Of a DNA stretch of 64,000 bases, positions 27,170 through 36,856 are shown in pieces. Below the pieces are notes generated by a model that did no database searches, was not told the origin of the DNA, and was given only the letters and a program-made list of their open reading frames with translations. This stretch comes from an uncultured Gemmatimonadales bacterium (GTDB lineage Bacteria; Gemmatimonadota; Gemmatimonadetes; Longimicrobiales; RSA9). Positions within the stretch are counted from its first letter, which is position 1; every line of letters begins with the position of its first letter. A program made the translations under genes and the position numbers. The stretch lies in contig CAWFKH010000003.1 of the NCBI GenBank assembly GCA_963816355.1, forward strand, positions 1,440,001 to 1,504,000, given 5' to 3'.

Positions 27170-29473
27170 CTATCCCTCCGCCCGGAGGAGCGCGGCCGCG
27201 ACGGCGGCCTGCCCGTAGCTGATGGCGCCGTCGTTCGGACTCAGCCGGCGCGGCGCGAGAACGCGGAGCCCCGCCGACTCGAGGCGACGGCGCAGGGATC
27301 CGAGCAGACGCAGGTTCTGGAACACGCCGCCGCCGAGGACGACGGTCTCGACGCCGTGCTCGGCGCAGGCGACGCCGGCGAGGCCGGCGCCGGCGGCGGC
27401 GATGCTTTCGTGGAACGTCGCCGCGAGGTCGGCCGTGTCCTCGCCGCGCGCGGCGCGGCGCCCGAGCTCGGCGAGAAGCGCGGCGCCGTCCATCTCGCGC
27501 ACGCCGTCTTCCGCGACGGCGACGGGGACGGGAATCGGAGCGGCGGGGCGGCGGCCGGCGAGCGCTTCGAGCTCCATGGCCGCCTGGCCCTCGAAGGCGC
27601 ACGCGCGGCGCACGCCGAGGACGGCCGCGGCCGCGTCGAAAAGGCGGCCCATCGAGGAGGCGAGCGGCGCGTTGATACGGCGCTCGACCTGCGTCGTGGC
27701 GAGCTCGCGCTCGCGCGCCGGTACGTCGATGAACGCGCGCTCGAAAGCCGGCGCTTCGGCGGGTGCGAGCGCGAGGTAGCCGAGCGCCGCGCGCCACGGC
27801 CGGCGGGCGGCGATGTCGCCGCCGGGCAGCGGTGCGTAGCGCAGGCGGCCGAGCCGCCGATAGCCGCGCAGGTCCGCAAGCAGCAGCTCCGCGCCCCAGA
27901 CGCAGCCATCGTCGCCGTAGCCGGTGCCGTCGAAGGCGAGGCCGACCACCGGCTCCGCGACGCCGTGCTCCGCGGCGACGGCGGCGACGTGCGCGTGGTG
28001 GTGTTGTACGGCGATGACGCGCTCGAGGCCGAGTTCGTCGGCGATGCGGGTCGACAGGTAGCCGGGGTGCAGGTCGCGCACGGCGACTTCCGGCTCGATG
28101 TGGAAGATAGCGCGGAAGCGCTCGAGCGCCGCCCGGAAGTGCCCCAGCGTCTCGAGGTTCTCCAGGTCGCCGATGTGTGGACTGACGTACGCCGCGCCCT
28201 CGACGGCGAGCGCGAACGTGTTCTTGAGGTGCGGCCCGACCGCGATCAGCGGCCGCGGCGTCGCGACCGGGATCTCGATCGGCAGCGGCGCGAAGCCGCG
28301 CGCGCGCCGCAGGAAGACGGCGTCGTCGTCGCCGGCACGGACGACGGAGTCGTCGTAGCGCGCGACGATCTCGCGATCGTGGAGGAGGAAGGCGTCGGCG
28401 ACCTCGGCCAGGCGCTCGATCGCCTCGCCGTTGGCGGTCGCGATGGGCTCGTCGCTGGCGTTGCCGCTGGTCATGACGAGCGGCCGCTCCGCCTGCTCGA
28501 GCAGCAGGTGGTGCAGTGGAGTGTAGGCGAGCATGACGCCGACCTCGGCGAGGCCGGGGGCGACGGCCGGCGCGAGGCCGCTCTCGGCGCGCTTCGGGAG
28601 CACGACGATCGGCCGCTCGCGCGAAGCGAGCAGCCGTGCCGCCTCCGTGGAAACGCCGACGAGCTTCGCGGCGTCCTCCAGCGTGCGGATCATGACGGCG
28701 AGCGGCTTCGCCTCCCTCCCCTTGCGACGCCGCAGCCGAACGACGCTCGCCTCGCTGGTGGCGTCGGCGGCGAGGTGGAAGCCGCCGAGCCCGCGCAGGG
28801 CGACGATCGCGCCGACGCGCAGCAGGCGGGCGGCGGAAGCGATCGCATCGTCGCGCTCCGCCACGCGGCGGCGCTCCGGCGAGACGAGCCACACGCGGGG
28901 ACCGCACACGGGACAGGAGTTGGTCTCCGAGTGGTAGCGGCGGTCGCGCGGATCCTCGTACTCGGCGAGACACGCCGGGCACTGCGCGAAGTCCCGCATG
29001 CTCGTGCGCTCGCGGTCGTACGGCATCGTCTCGACGACGGTGTAGCGCGGGCCGCAGTCGGTGCACGTGATGAACGGGTAGCGGTGACGGCGGTTCGCGG
29101 GATCGAACAGCTCCGCCTCGCAGCTCGGGCAGAGCGCGACGTCCGGCGAGATCGGCAGCCGGCGGTCCGCCTGCGCGACGCTGCGCGCGATCTCGAACGC
29201 CACGGCGCCGCGCGGCGCGGTGCGCGCGACATCGAGGCCGTCGATGCGCGCGAGCGGCGGCGCCTCCGCGCAGAGCGCCGAGACGAACGCGTCGACGCTG
29301 TCGGCGCCGCCCTCCACCTCGATGCTCACGTCGCCGGACTCGTTGCGGATGCGGCCTCCGAGGCCGTGGCGCAGGGCGAGGCGGTGGACGAAGGGGCGGA
29401 AGCCGACCCCCTGCACGACGCCGCGGACACGCACTTCGAGCGCGACGCGCTCCGGCGCGACTCCGGACTTCAT
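27170..29473 (-). CDS. hypF: Carbamoyltransferase HypF
   Basis: GVVQGVGFRPF, two zinc fingers, MTSGN, QHHHAH, DGTGYG and PNDGAISYGQ. Confidence 0.96.
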   Translation of the reverse strand: MKSGVAPERVALEVRVRGVVQGVGFRPFVHRLALRHGLGGRIRNESGDVSIEVEGGADSVDAFVSALCAEAPPLARIDGLDVARTAPRGAVAFEIARSVAQADRRLPISPDVALCPSCEAELFDPANRRHRYPFITCTDCGPRYTVVETMPYDRERTSMRDFAQCPACLAEYEDPRDRRYHSETNSCPVCGPRVWLVSPERRRVAERDDAIASAARLLRVGAIVALRGLGGFHLAADATSEASVVRLRRRKGREAKPLAVMIRTLEDAAKLVGVSTEAARLLASRERPIVVLPKRAESGLAPAVAPGLAEVGVMLAYTPLHHLLLEQAERPLVMTSGNASDEPIATANGEAIERLAEVADAFLLHDREIVARYDDSVVRAGDDDAVFLRRARGFAPLPIEIPVATPRPLIAVGPHLKNTFALAVEGAAYVSPHIGDLENLETLGHFRAALERFRAIFHIEPEVAVRDLHPGYLSTRIADELGLERVIAVQHHHAHVAAVAAEHGVAEPVVGLAFDGTGYGDDGCVWGAELLLADLRGYRRLGRLRYAPLPGGDIAARRPWRAALGYLALAPAEAPAFERAFIDVPARERELATTQVERRINAPLASSMGRLFDAAAAVLGVRRACAFEGQAAMELEALAGRRPAAPIPVPVAVAEDGVREMDGAALLAELGRRAARGEDTADLAATFHESIAAAGAGLAGVACAEHGVETVVLGGGVFQNLRLLGSLRRRLESAGLRVLAPRRLSPNDGAISYGQAAVAAALLRAEG

Positions 29474-30138
29474 GCGGGCGCGGGCGTCAGCAGCGAGCGC
29501 AGGAAGCCGTACCAGGCATCCAGGCCGTCGCCGCTGAGGGCGGAAGTGAAGAAGAAGTCGAGCTCGGGATTGACCTCGAGCGCGTACGCGACCGCCATAT
29601 CCATGTCGAAGGGGAGGTACGGCAGGAGGTCGACCTTGTTGATGACGGCGTAGCGCGCCTGCTGGAACATCTTCGGGTATTTGAGCGGCTTGTCCTCACC
29701 CTCGGTCGTCGAGAAGATGACGACCTTCGCCGCCTCGCCGAGATCCCAGCTAGCCGGGCACACCAGGTTGCCCACGTTCTCGACGAAGAGGAGGTCGGTG
29801 CCGTCGAGATCGATCGCGTCGAGCGCGGAGAGCACCTGACGCGCGTCGAGGTGGCAGGCGCCGCCGGTGACGACGGCCTGCACGAGCCGCTCGGTGTGCC
29901 GCGCGAGACGCTGGGCGTCGTTGCTCGTCTGCACGTCGCCGCTCACCACGGCCATCTCGATCTCGCCCCCCAGATCCTGCAGCGTGCGCTCCAGCAGGAG
30001 CGTCTTCCCGGAGCCGGGGGAGGATACGAGGTTGAGCGCGACGACGCCGTGCGCGGCCAGCCGGCCCCGCACCTGCGCGGCCAGCTCGTCGTTGCGCTCC
30101 ATCACGCGCTCGCGCACGTCAATCGTCCGGATCGCCAT
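29470..30138 (-). CDS. hypB: Nickel insertion GTPase HypB
   Basis: SSPGSGKT, ACHLDA, ENVGNLVCP, EGEDKPLKYP and NKVD. Confidence 0.96.
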   Translation of the reverse strand: MAIRTIDVRERVMERNDELAAQVRGRLAAHGVVALNLVSSPGSGKTLLLERTLQDLGGEIEMAVVSGDVQTSNDAQRLARHTERLVQAVVTGGACHLDARQVLSALDAIDLDGTDLLFVENVGNLVCPASWDLGEAAKVVIFSTTEGEDKPLKYPKMFQQARYAVINKVDLLPYLPFDMDMAVAYALEVNPELDFFFTSALSGDGLDAWYGFLRSLLTPAPA

Positions 30139-30379
30139 CGTCGATCTCCACGTGGTCCACTCGCAGGATGTCGCCGTCCCGCCGCAGCATGCACGGCCGG
30201 GCGCGGCCGAACGGCGGCGCCCCGAGCAGCGCCTCCAGACAGAATTCCAGGTTCCCGATCTCCAGGCCGGCGTCGTCGCCGATCTCCACCGCAACCTCGA
30301 CCACGTCGCCGAGCCGGTCCGAACCCACCGCATCCTCCGCGATGCGGCAGATCTCCAGCGCCACGCTCATCTCATGCAC
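30119..30379 (-). CDS. hypA: Short HypA nickel metallochaperone lacking the zinc domain
   Basis: N-terminal MHEMS; position before hypB; no CxxC motifs. Confidence 0.8.
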   Translation of the reverse strand: MHEMSVALEICRIAEDAVGSDRLGDVVEVAVEIGDDAGLEIGNLEFCLEALLGAPPFGRARPCMLRRDGDILRVDHVEIDDGDPDD

Positions 30380-30899
30380 GAGCCGGCTCCGTTACCGGCG
30401 GCGGCGTGTCGAGGACCGGCGCGCCCGCGCGCTCCTCCGCGCGCCAGCGCGCCAGCCGCGCCCGCACCGCGTCGAGCAGTACGTCCACCCGCTCGTGCAC
30501 CACCGCGCTCAGCTCGGTGCCGAGCTCGACGCGCTCCGGCTCGAGGCCGATGGCCACGGTGTCGGCCGGGAGCGTCCCGCGCAGCTCCGCGAGCGCGAGC
30601 ACATCGCGCATGTCCACCTGGTGCGGGGAGAGGCGCGCCTCGAACCAGAGCGGAAGCTCGTCACGCTCGAGCACGACGAGCGCGCCGGGGGCGCCGCCGC
30701 GGCGGATCGCGTCGATCAGGAGCACCCTCTCGGCGTCCTCGACGTACGGCAGCAGGTTCATCCCCCAGGTGCCGCCGTCGAGCAGCTCGACCTCCGGCCC
30801 GACGTCCGTTTCGGCGCGCAGACGCTCGAGTGCGTGCAGGCCGAGGCCGTCGTCCGTCATGAGCGGTGAGCCGACGCCGATCACTAGGGTGCGCGTCAT
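30372..30899 (-). CDS. Hydrogenase maturation endopeptidase (HyaD/HybD family)
   Basis: GVGSPLMTDDGLG, LDGGT, IDA, SPHQ. Confidence 0.93.
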   Translation of the reverse strand: MTRTLVIGVGSPLMTDDGLGLHALERLRAETDVGPEVELLDGGTWGMNLLPYVEDAERVLLIDAIRRGGAPGALVVLERDELPLWFEARLSPHQVDMRDVLALAELRGTLPADTVAIGLEPERVELGTELSAVVHERVDVLLDAVRARLARWRAEERAGAPVLDTPPPVTEPARA

Positions 30900-30902
30900 C
30901 GC

Positions 30903-31622
30903 TCACTCATCCTCGAAGCGGGTATCCGCGCGCACGAAGCGGCCGCCGCTGAAGATCGAGGAGAGCGTCCCCGAGCGCTCCATGACGTCGGCGCGCATGG
31001 CGAGGTAGACGTGGATCGGGATGAAGACGATGAAGAGCCAGGTGATGACGTGGTGGACGAAGCGCACGATCTGGAGGCCGCCGAGCAGCGGCGCGACCCA
31101 GGCGAAGGTGACGGCGAAGAAGCCGCCCGGGTTGTAGAGGCCGAAGAGGGTGAAGCCGGTGACGACCTGGATCGCCGCCAGGAGGTAGACGGCGGTGTAG
31201 CTGAACTGCTGCAGCGGATTGTGGCCGAGATAGTGCGGCGCCTTTTCCGGCCGGATCATGAGATAGAACTTCACCATCCTCCACAGATTCACCCAATCCC
31301 GCTTCCGCACCGGCAACAGCGCCCCCGCCCGCTCGTAGCGGTTGCCGGCGAAGAGCCAGTAGAAGCGGACGATGCCGGTCATCACGAGCACGCCGGCGGC
31401 GGCGAAGTGGACGAAGCGCACCCAGCCCATGGTGAAGGGCGTGGTCGTGCTGCCGCCCGCCATGAAGTACGGCTTTCCGATGTAGAAGCCGGTGGCGGCG
31501 AGCACGAGGATGCAGAGCGCGGCGGTCCAGTGCATGGCGCGGATCGGCCAGTGCCACAGATAGACCCAGCGGTAGGCGGGGGCGCCCTTCTCGGCGGCCC
31601 GGTCCGCGATTCCGGTGCTCAT
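30903..31622 (-). CDS. hyaC: [NiFe]-hydrogenase cytochrome b subunit
   Basis: PIRAMHW, RFVHF, GHNPLQQ, HH...HVY heme ligands. Confidence 0.93.
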   Translation of the reverse strand: MSTGIADRAAEKGAPAYRWVYLWHWPIRAMHWTAALCILVLAATGFYIGKPYFMAGGSTTTPFTMGWVRFVHFAAAGVLVMTGIVRFYWLFAGNRYERAGALLPVRKRDWVNLWRMVKFYLMIRPEKAPHYLGHNPLQQFSYTAVYLLAAIQVVTGFTLFGLYNPGGFFAVTFAWVAPLLGGLQIVRFVHHVITWLFIVFIPIHVYLAMRADVMERSGTLSSIFSGGRFVRADTRFEDE

Positions 31623-33334
31623 AGCACCCTCACCTGTGAAACCTCCTTGCCGGTCGCGTCGAGGACGTGCACGCCGCAGGCGATGCACGGGTCGAACGAG
31701 TGGACGGTGCGCAGGATCTCGAGCGGGCGCGCCGGATCGACCAGCGGGTGGTTGTCGGTGAGCGCCGCCTCGTAGGGGCCGACCTGCTTCTCGGCGTCCC
31801 GCGGCGAGGCGTTCCAGGTAGTGGGGACGACCGCTTGGTAGCGCGTGATTGCGCCGTCCTGGATCTGCACCCAGTGGCCGAGCGCGCCGCGCGGGGCGTC
31901 CATGTAGCCGTAGCCCTGCGCCTTCGCGGGCCACGTCGAGGGGTCCCACTTCTCCGCGTTGAAGGTGCGCACGTCGCCGCTCTTGATGCGGCCGACGAGG
32001 TCGTCGTACCACTTCTCCATGCGGCGCGCGATGAGCACCGTCTCGGCGCCGCGTGCCGCCGTGCGGCCGAGCGTCGAGAAGAGGGCGGCGGGCGGCGCGC
32101 CGAGCTTGCCGAGCGCCTCGTTGACGATCGACCGCGTGTCCTCGTGGCCGGACGCGTAGGCGACGAGCATGCGCGCGAGCGGGCCGACCTCCATGGGGTG
32201 GCCGTCGTAGCGGGGCGCCTTCATCCAGGTGTACTTGTCCTGGTCCTGCAGGTAGGTCCACGGCGCCTGCGGCCCGGTGTATTTCGGCTTCGTCTCGCCC
32301 TCGAACGGGTGGAGACCCGCTTCGCCGTCGCCGTCGTACTCGTACCAGGAGCTGTGGATGTACTCCTTCACCTTCTCCTGGTCGTAGGGCAGGACCTGCG
32401 AGAGGTCCTTGTTCATCACGATGCCGCGGGGCAGGTACAGCCTGTCGTAGTCCTTGATGCCCGCCTCGGGGAACTCGCCGCACGCCAGGTAGTTGCCGGT
32501 GCCGCCGCCGATCGCCGCCCACTCCTTGTAGAAGCCTGCGATGGCGACGAGGTCCGGCCAGTACACCTGCTCGACGAAGCGACGCGCGCGCGTGATCATG
32601 TCGCGCACTTCGATGAGGCTCGCGGCGTTGATCGTGGCGGTGTCGGACAGGTTGATCGCCGAGGCCATGCCGCCGACGAGGAAGTTCGGGTGCGGGTTCT
32701 TGCCCCCGAAGATCGTGTGCAGGCGGATGACGTCGCGCTGCCAGTCGAGCGCCTCGAGGTAGTGCGCGACGGCCAGCAGGTTCACGGCGGGCGGCAGCTT
32801 GTAGGCCGGATGGCCCCAGTAGCCGTTGGTGAAGATGCCGAGCTGACCGGACTTCACGAACTTCGCGACGCGGTCCTGCACGTCCCTGAAGTGCGTGGCG
32901 GAGTTGTTCGGCCACGGTGAGATCGACGCGGCGATGCGTGCCGTGTCCGCCGGATCCGCCTGCAGCGCGCTCACGACGTCCACCCAGTCGAGCGCGTGCA
33001 GGTGGTAGAAATGGATCACGTGGTCCTGGATGAACTGCATCCCGATCACGAGGTTGCGGATCGCCTCCGCGTTCGGCGGCACCGTGATGTCGAGCGCGTC
33101 CTCGACCGCGCGGCAGGACGCGACCGCGTGCACCACAGTGCATACGCCGCAGATGCGCTGCGTGAAGGCCCACGCGTCGCGCGGGTCGCGGCCGTTCATG
33201 ATGATCTCGATGCCGCGGAACTGCGTGGCCGACGCCCACGCATCCGCGATCCTGCCGTCCTCCGCCTGGACCTCGATCCGGAGATGCCCCTCGATCCGCG
33301 TGATCGGGTCGACGACGACCTTGGTGCGAGCCAT
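31619..33334 (-). CDS. hyaB: Group 1 [NiFe]-hydrogenase large subunit
   Basis: DPITRIEGH, QRICGVC, SFDPCIACGVH plus a 15-aa cleavable tail. Confidence 0.97.
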   Translation of the reverse strand: MARTKVVVDPITRIEGHLRIEVQAEDGRIADAWASATQFRGIEIIMNGRDPRDAWAFTQRICGVCTVVHAVASCRAVEDALDITVPPNAEAIRNLVIGMQFIQDHVIHFYHLHALDWVDVVSALQADPADTARIAASISPWPNNSATHFRDVQDRVAKFVKSGQLGIFTNGYWGHPAYKLPPAVNLLAVAHYLEALDWQRDVIRLHTIFGGKNPHPNFLVGGMASAINLSDTATINAASLIEVRDMITRARRFVEQVYWPDLVAIAGFYKEWAAIGGGTGNYLACGEFPEAGIKDYDRLYLPRGIVMNKDLSQVLPYDQEKVKEYIHSSWYEYDGDGEAGLHPFEGETKPKYTGPQAPWTYLQDQDKYTWMKAPRYDGHPMEVGPLARMLVAYASGHEDTRSIVNEALGKLGAPPAALFSTLGRTAARGAETVLIARRMEKWYDDLVGRIKSGDVRTFNAEKWDPSTWPAKAQGYGYMDAPRGALGHWVQIQDGAITRYQAVVPTTWNASPRDAEKQVGPYEAALTDNHPLVDPARPLEILRTVHSFDPCIACGVHVLDATGKEVSQVRVL

Positions 33335-33336
33335 TT

Positions 33337-34473
33337 TCACACCTCCCCGGACTCGGGCGGATTCACGACCGGCAGCTCGCCCCTGCGCTGCCGGACACGG
33401 TGGACGCCGGTCGCGACGGCGTGCGCCGCGACGCCCGCGGTCGCGCCGATCGCGAGCGCGGCGCCGAGCGTGTCGGCGGTGCGTTCGATGCCGAAGCCGG
33501 CGACCTGGGGCATGCGGCCGTAGAACGGCGTCATCGTGTCCCAGAAATGGCGCTCCGTGCAGCCGATGCAGGGATGGCCCGCGCCGATCGGCCAGCTCGT
33601 GGAGCTGTTCCACATGAAGATCGGACACGGCGAGAACGTCGCCGGGCCCTTGCAGCCGACGCGATACAGGCACCACCCCTTGCGGGCCGCCTCGTCGTCG
33701 AACACCTCGACGAACTGCCCGGCGTCGAAGTTGGCGCGCCGCGAGCACTGGTCGTGGATGCGCGCGCCGTAGGCGAAGAGCGGCCGCCCTTCCCCGTCCA
33801 TGTCCGGCAGACGGCCGAACGTGAGGAAGTGCACGATCGTGGCGGAGACGGTCTTCGCGATCGGCGGGCAGCCCGCGATCGTCGCGACCGGCTTGTCCTT
33901 GATCACGTCCGCGATGCCGACGGCGCCGGTCGGGTTCGGCCGCGCCGACTGCACGCTGCCGAAGTGCGCGCATGCGCCGACCCCGATCACGGCCGCCGCG
34001 CCCGCGGCCGCCTCCTCCAGAATCGACTTCGCCGTGCGGCCGCCGATCATCGTGTAGATGCCGTTCTCCGCGAGCGGCACCGAGCCGGTCACGAGGAGGA
34101 CGTACTTGCCCTGATTCTCCCGCATCGCCTGCTGCAGGGCGCCCTCGGCGGCGTCACCCGCCGCGGCCATCAGGTTTTCCTGGAAGTCGAGAGAGACGAG
34201 GTCGAGCACGAGGTCACCGATCGTCGGGTCCGCCGTGCGCAGGACGCTCTCGGTGCAGCCGGTGCACTCCTGAAGCGAGAGCCAGACGACGCTGGGCCGC
34301 TTCAGCTCCTGCAGCGCCCGGGCGACCTGCGGCGTGAGCGCCGAGCCGACGCCGAGGACCGCAGCCATCTCACCGCAATACGTGAGAAACTCACGACGCG
34401 ACACCCCGCGCTTCTCGAGGTGCTCGCCGAGCGTCTCCCCTTCCACCCACGGATGCGAAGTGGGGAAGTACAC
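33337..34473 (-). CDS. hyaA: Group 1 [NiFe]-hydrogenase small subunit (Tat signal, C-terminal anchor)
   Basis: SRREFL, ECTGC, GCPP, HDQC, CLYRVGCKGP and HPCIGC. Confidence 0.96.
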   Translation of the reverse strand: MYFPTSHPWVEGETLGEHLEKRGVSRREFLTYCGEMAAVLGVGSALTPQVARALQELKRPSVVWLSLQECTGCTESVLRTADPTIGDLVLDLVSLDFQENLMAAAGDAAEGALQQAMRENQGKYVLLVTGSVPLAENGIYTMIGGRTAKSILEEAAAGAAAVIGVGACAHFGSVQSARPNPTGAVGIADVIKDKPVATIAGCPPIAKTVSATIVHFLTFGRLPDMDGEGRPLFAYGARIHDQCSRRANFDAGQFVEVFDDEAARKGWCLYRVGCKGPATFSPCPIFMWNSSTSWPIGAGHPCIGCTERHFWDTMTPFYGRMPQVAGFGIERTADTLGAALAIGATAGVAAHAVATGVHRVRQRRGELPVVNPPESGEV

Positions 34474-34647
34474 GGGACGCCTTTCCTTTCCGCGATGTCA
34501 TCGCATTCCGGAAGCCGCGAACCCGCCGGACCTTTCCGGCGCCCTCCCGTGTGGATGCGTCGAAACGGCGGTCGGATCGAAAGGCAAGGTACGGACGCCG
34601 TAGCGCCCAATCAGTCAGGACATCGCCGTGATGTGAGTAGGGGAAAG

Positions 34648-34685
34648 CCCTTCGCCCGCTCACGCGCGCGTGAGCGGGCGAAGGG
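34648..34685. terminator. Perfect 38-bp palindrome; probable terminator of the ATP synthase operon
   Basis: CCCTTCGCCCGCTCACGCG followed directly by its reverse complement; short T run follows on minus. Confidence 0.6.
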
Positions 34686-34767
34686 TCTGCGGTCCGCGGA
34701 GGCGGTCCGGGGGAACGGCGTCTGCGGTACGGGGTCTCGGGGAACGGCATCCGCAGACCCCGGACCG

Positions 34768-35451
34768 TTACACGCCGTCCTCGTCTCTCGCCGCCATCCC
34801 GCGGCGGACCCCACCCGCCGCTCCGCGCGACCGCCTCACGAACCGCCGCAGCCTCAGCTTCTCCTCCCGCTCGCGCTGCTCCAGGGTGGCGCCGATGCGG
34901 GAGATCTGGCGTTCGAGCGATGGCGCCACGCGCTGTTCGAGGGCGTGGACCTGACGCGAGGTCCGCGCGAGCGCGGCGCCGAGGCGGCGCATCATCATCT
35001 CGCGTGGCGCCGCCGAGACCAGCAGGTCGACGAGCGTCTCGAACTCGTCCGCGGCGTCGACGGTCGAGAGAGGGGTCGCCCCCGGCGCCGTACCGCGCGC
35101 CTCCAGCGTCCGCCGGATCGGCGGCGCGCCGACGACGTCGGCCACCGGGACACCCCACAGCTGGAGCGTGCGGATATCGAGCTCGATCTCCCTCGCGGGC
35201 CAGCCGGACGCGCGCGTCGCGTCGGTGCCCTCCGCCGTCAGCGCGCGGAGCAGCGCCGCGTAGGCGCTTTGCCCACGCTCGGCGATCGCTTCGCGGGCGT
35301 CGATCGCGGGGCGGGCGAGACGGAACAGCTCGCCGACGAGCGCCTCGCGCTTTCGCCGCAGGAGGTCGCGCCCTTTCTCGACGCGCGCGAGGCGACGGCG
35401 CGCACCGAGCAGTCCCATGCGCGTGGGAGGGAAGTCGCCGGCCCGGCTCAC
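34768..35451 (-). CDS. V/A-type ATP synthase subunit D
   Basis: PTRMGLL, GRDLLRRKREAL, TSRQVHALE and LEQREREE. Confidence 0.9.
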   Translation of the reverse strand: MSRAGDFPPTRMGLLGARRRLARVEKGRDLLRRKREALVGELFRLARPAIDAREAIAERGQSAYAALLRALTAEGTDATRASGWPAREIELDIRTLQLWGVPVADVVGAPPIRRTLEARGTAPGATPLSTVDAADEFETLVDLLVSAAPREMMMRRLGAALARTSRQVHALEQRVAPSLERQISRIGATLEQREREEKLRLRRFVRRSRGAAGGVRRGMAARDEDGV

Positions 35452-35470
35452 GTCGCCACTCCGATCCTGC

Positions 35471-36856
35471 TCACGCGGTCTCCGTGCGCGCGCGGCGCGC
35501 GGCGAGTACGACGTCCGGGATGCGCGCCAGGTCCTCGTCGGGCAGGGTCTCGAGCAGACGCCAGCCGGCCTCGATCGTGTCGCCGATGGAGCGCCGCACC
35601 TCCCCCTGTCCGAGGAACTCCTCCTCGAACCGTGCGGCGAAAGCGAGCGCCCTTCGATCCGCTTCCTGCAGGCCGGTCTCGCCGAGGATCGCGGCGGTGA
35701 GGCGCGCCTCGCGGCCGCGGGCGTAGGTGGCGTAGAGCTGATTGGCCCACTGCCGATGCTCCGGGACGGTGCTCCCCTCCCCGATCGCGGCGTTCATGAG
35801 GCGAGAGAGCGAGGGCAGCACGTCGACGGGCGGAAAGACGCCGCGTCGATGGAGCTCGCGGTCGAGCACGATCTGGCCCTCGGTGATGTAGCCGGTCAGG
35901 TCCGGGATCGGGTGCGTGATGTCGTCGTCCGGCATCGTGAGCACGGGGATCTGCGTGAGAGATCCGGAGCGGCCCTCGATCATTCCGGCGCGCTCGAAGA
36001 GGGAGGCGAGGTCCGTGTACATGTAGCCGGGATAGCCCTGCCGCGCCGGGATCTCCTCGCGCGCCGCCGCGATCTCGCGCAGCGCGTCGCAGTAGTGCAG
36101 GATGTCGGCGAGCACGACGAGGACCTGATAGCCGTGCTCGAAGGCGAGGTACTCGGCCTGCGCGAGCGCGACGCGCGGCGCCAGCAGGCGCTCCATCGCC
36201 GGGTCCCGCGTCTGGTTCAGGTACAACACGCTGCGCTCGAGCACGCCGCCGCGCTCGACCCGGTCCAGGAAGCCGCGCGTCTCGCGCTCGGTGATGCCGA
36301 GGCCGACGAAGATCACGGCGAACGCCTCGTCGCGCGGCGCGCGGGCCCACTCGACGACGCGGGCGGCGACCTCGAGCGCGGGCAGCCCCGGGCCGGAGAA
36401 GACCGGCAGCTTCTGGCCGCGCACCAGGGTGTTCAGTCCGTCGATCGCGGACAGTCCGGTCTCGATGAAGCGGGACGGCGGGATCCGGCGCACCGGGTTG
36501 ATCGCGCCCGGCGTGATCGGGCGGATCGCCTCGCCCACGGGGGCGGGCAGGCCGTCGAGCGGATCGCCCGATCCGGTGAGCGCGCGGCCGAGCAGGTCGC
36601 GGCCGACCGTCGCCGTCGCCACCTCGCCGGTCAGCGTCGCCTCCACGCGGGCAGGTGGCATTCCGAGCGTGTCGTCGAGGACCTGGACGACGGTGAGATC
36701 CGCGCCCGCCTCGATCACCTGGCCGCGGCGCTCCGCCTGTCCGTCGACGTGCAGGCGCACCCACTCCCCCAGCGCAACGCCGGGCGCGCCGTCGAGGAAG
36801 AGGAGCGGTCCACCGGCGCCGCGGGCGCCGTGGTGGATGCGCGGCGGGATTCTCAT
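35471..36856 (-). CDS. V/A-type ATP synthase subunit B
   Basis: RGQKLPVFSG, GYPGYMYTDL, HPIPDLTGYITEGQ and LPSLSRLM. Confidence 0.95.
   Translation of the reverse strand: MRIPPRIHHGARGAGGPLLFLDGAPGVALGEWVRLHVDGQAERRGQVIEAGADLTVVQVLDDTLGMPPARVEATLTGEVATATVGRDLLGRALTGSGDPLDGLPAPVGEAIRPITPGAINPVRRIPPSRFIETGLSAIDGLNTLVRGQKLPVFSGPGLPALEVAARVVEWARAPRDEAFAVIFVGLGITERETRGFLDRVERGGVLERSVLYLNQTRDPAMERLLAPRVALAQAEYLAFEHGYQVLVVLADILHYCDALREIAAAREEIPARQGYPGYMYTDLASLFERAGMIEGRSGSLTQIPVLTMPDDDITHPIPDLTGYITEGQIVLDRELHRRGVFPPVDVLPSLSRLMNAAIGEGSTVPEHRQWANQLYATYARGREARLTAAILGETGLQEADRRALAFAARFEEEFLGQGEVRRSIGDTIEAGWRLLETLPDEDLARIPDVVLAARRARTETA

Noticed and set aside
31619..31700. Selenocysteine [NiFeSe] hydrogenase
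   Set aside because: The C-terminal motif is DPCIAC with ordinary Cys codons and no in-frame TGA
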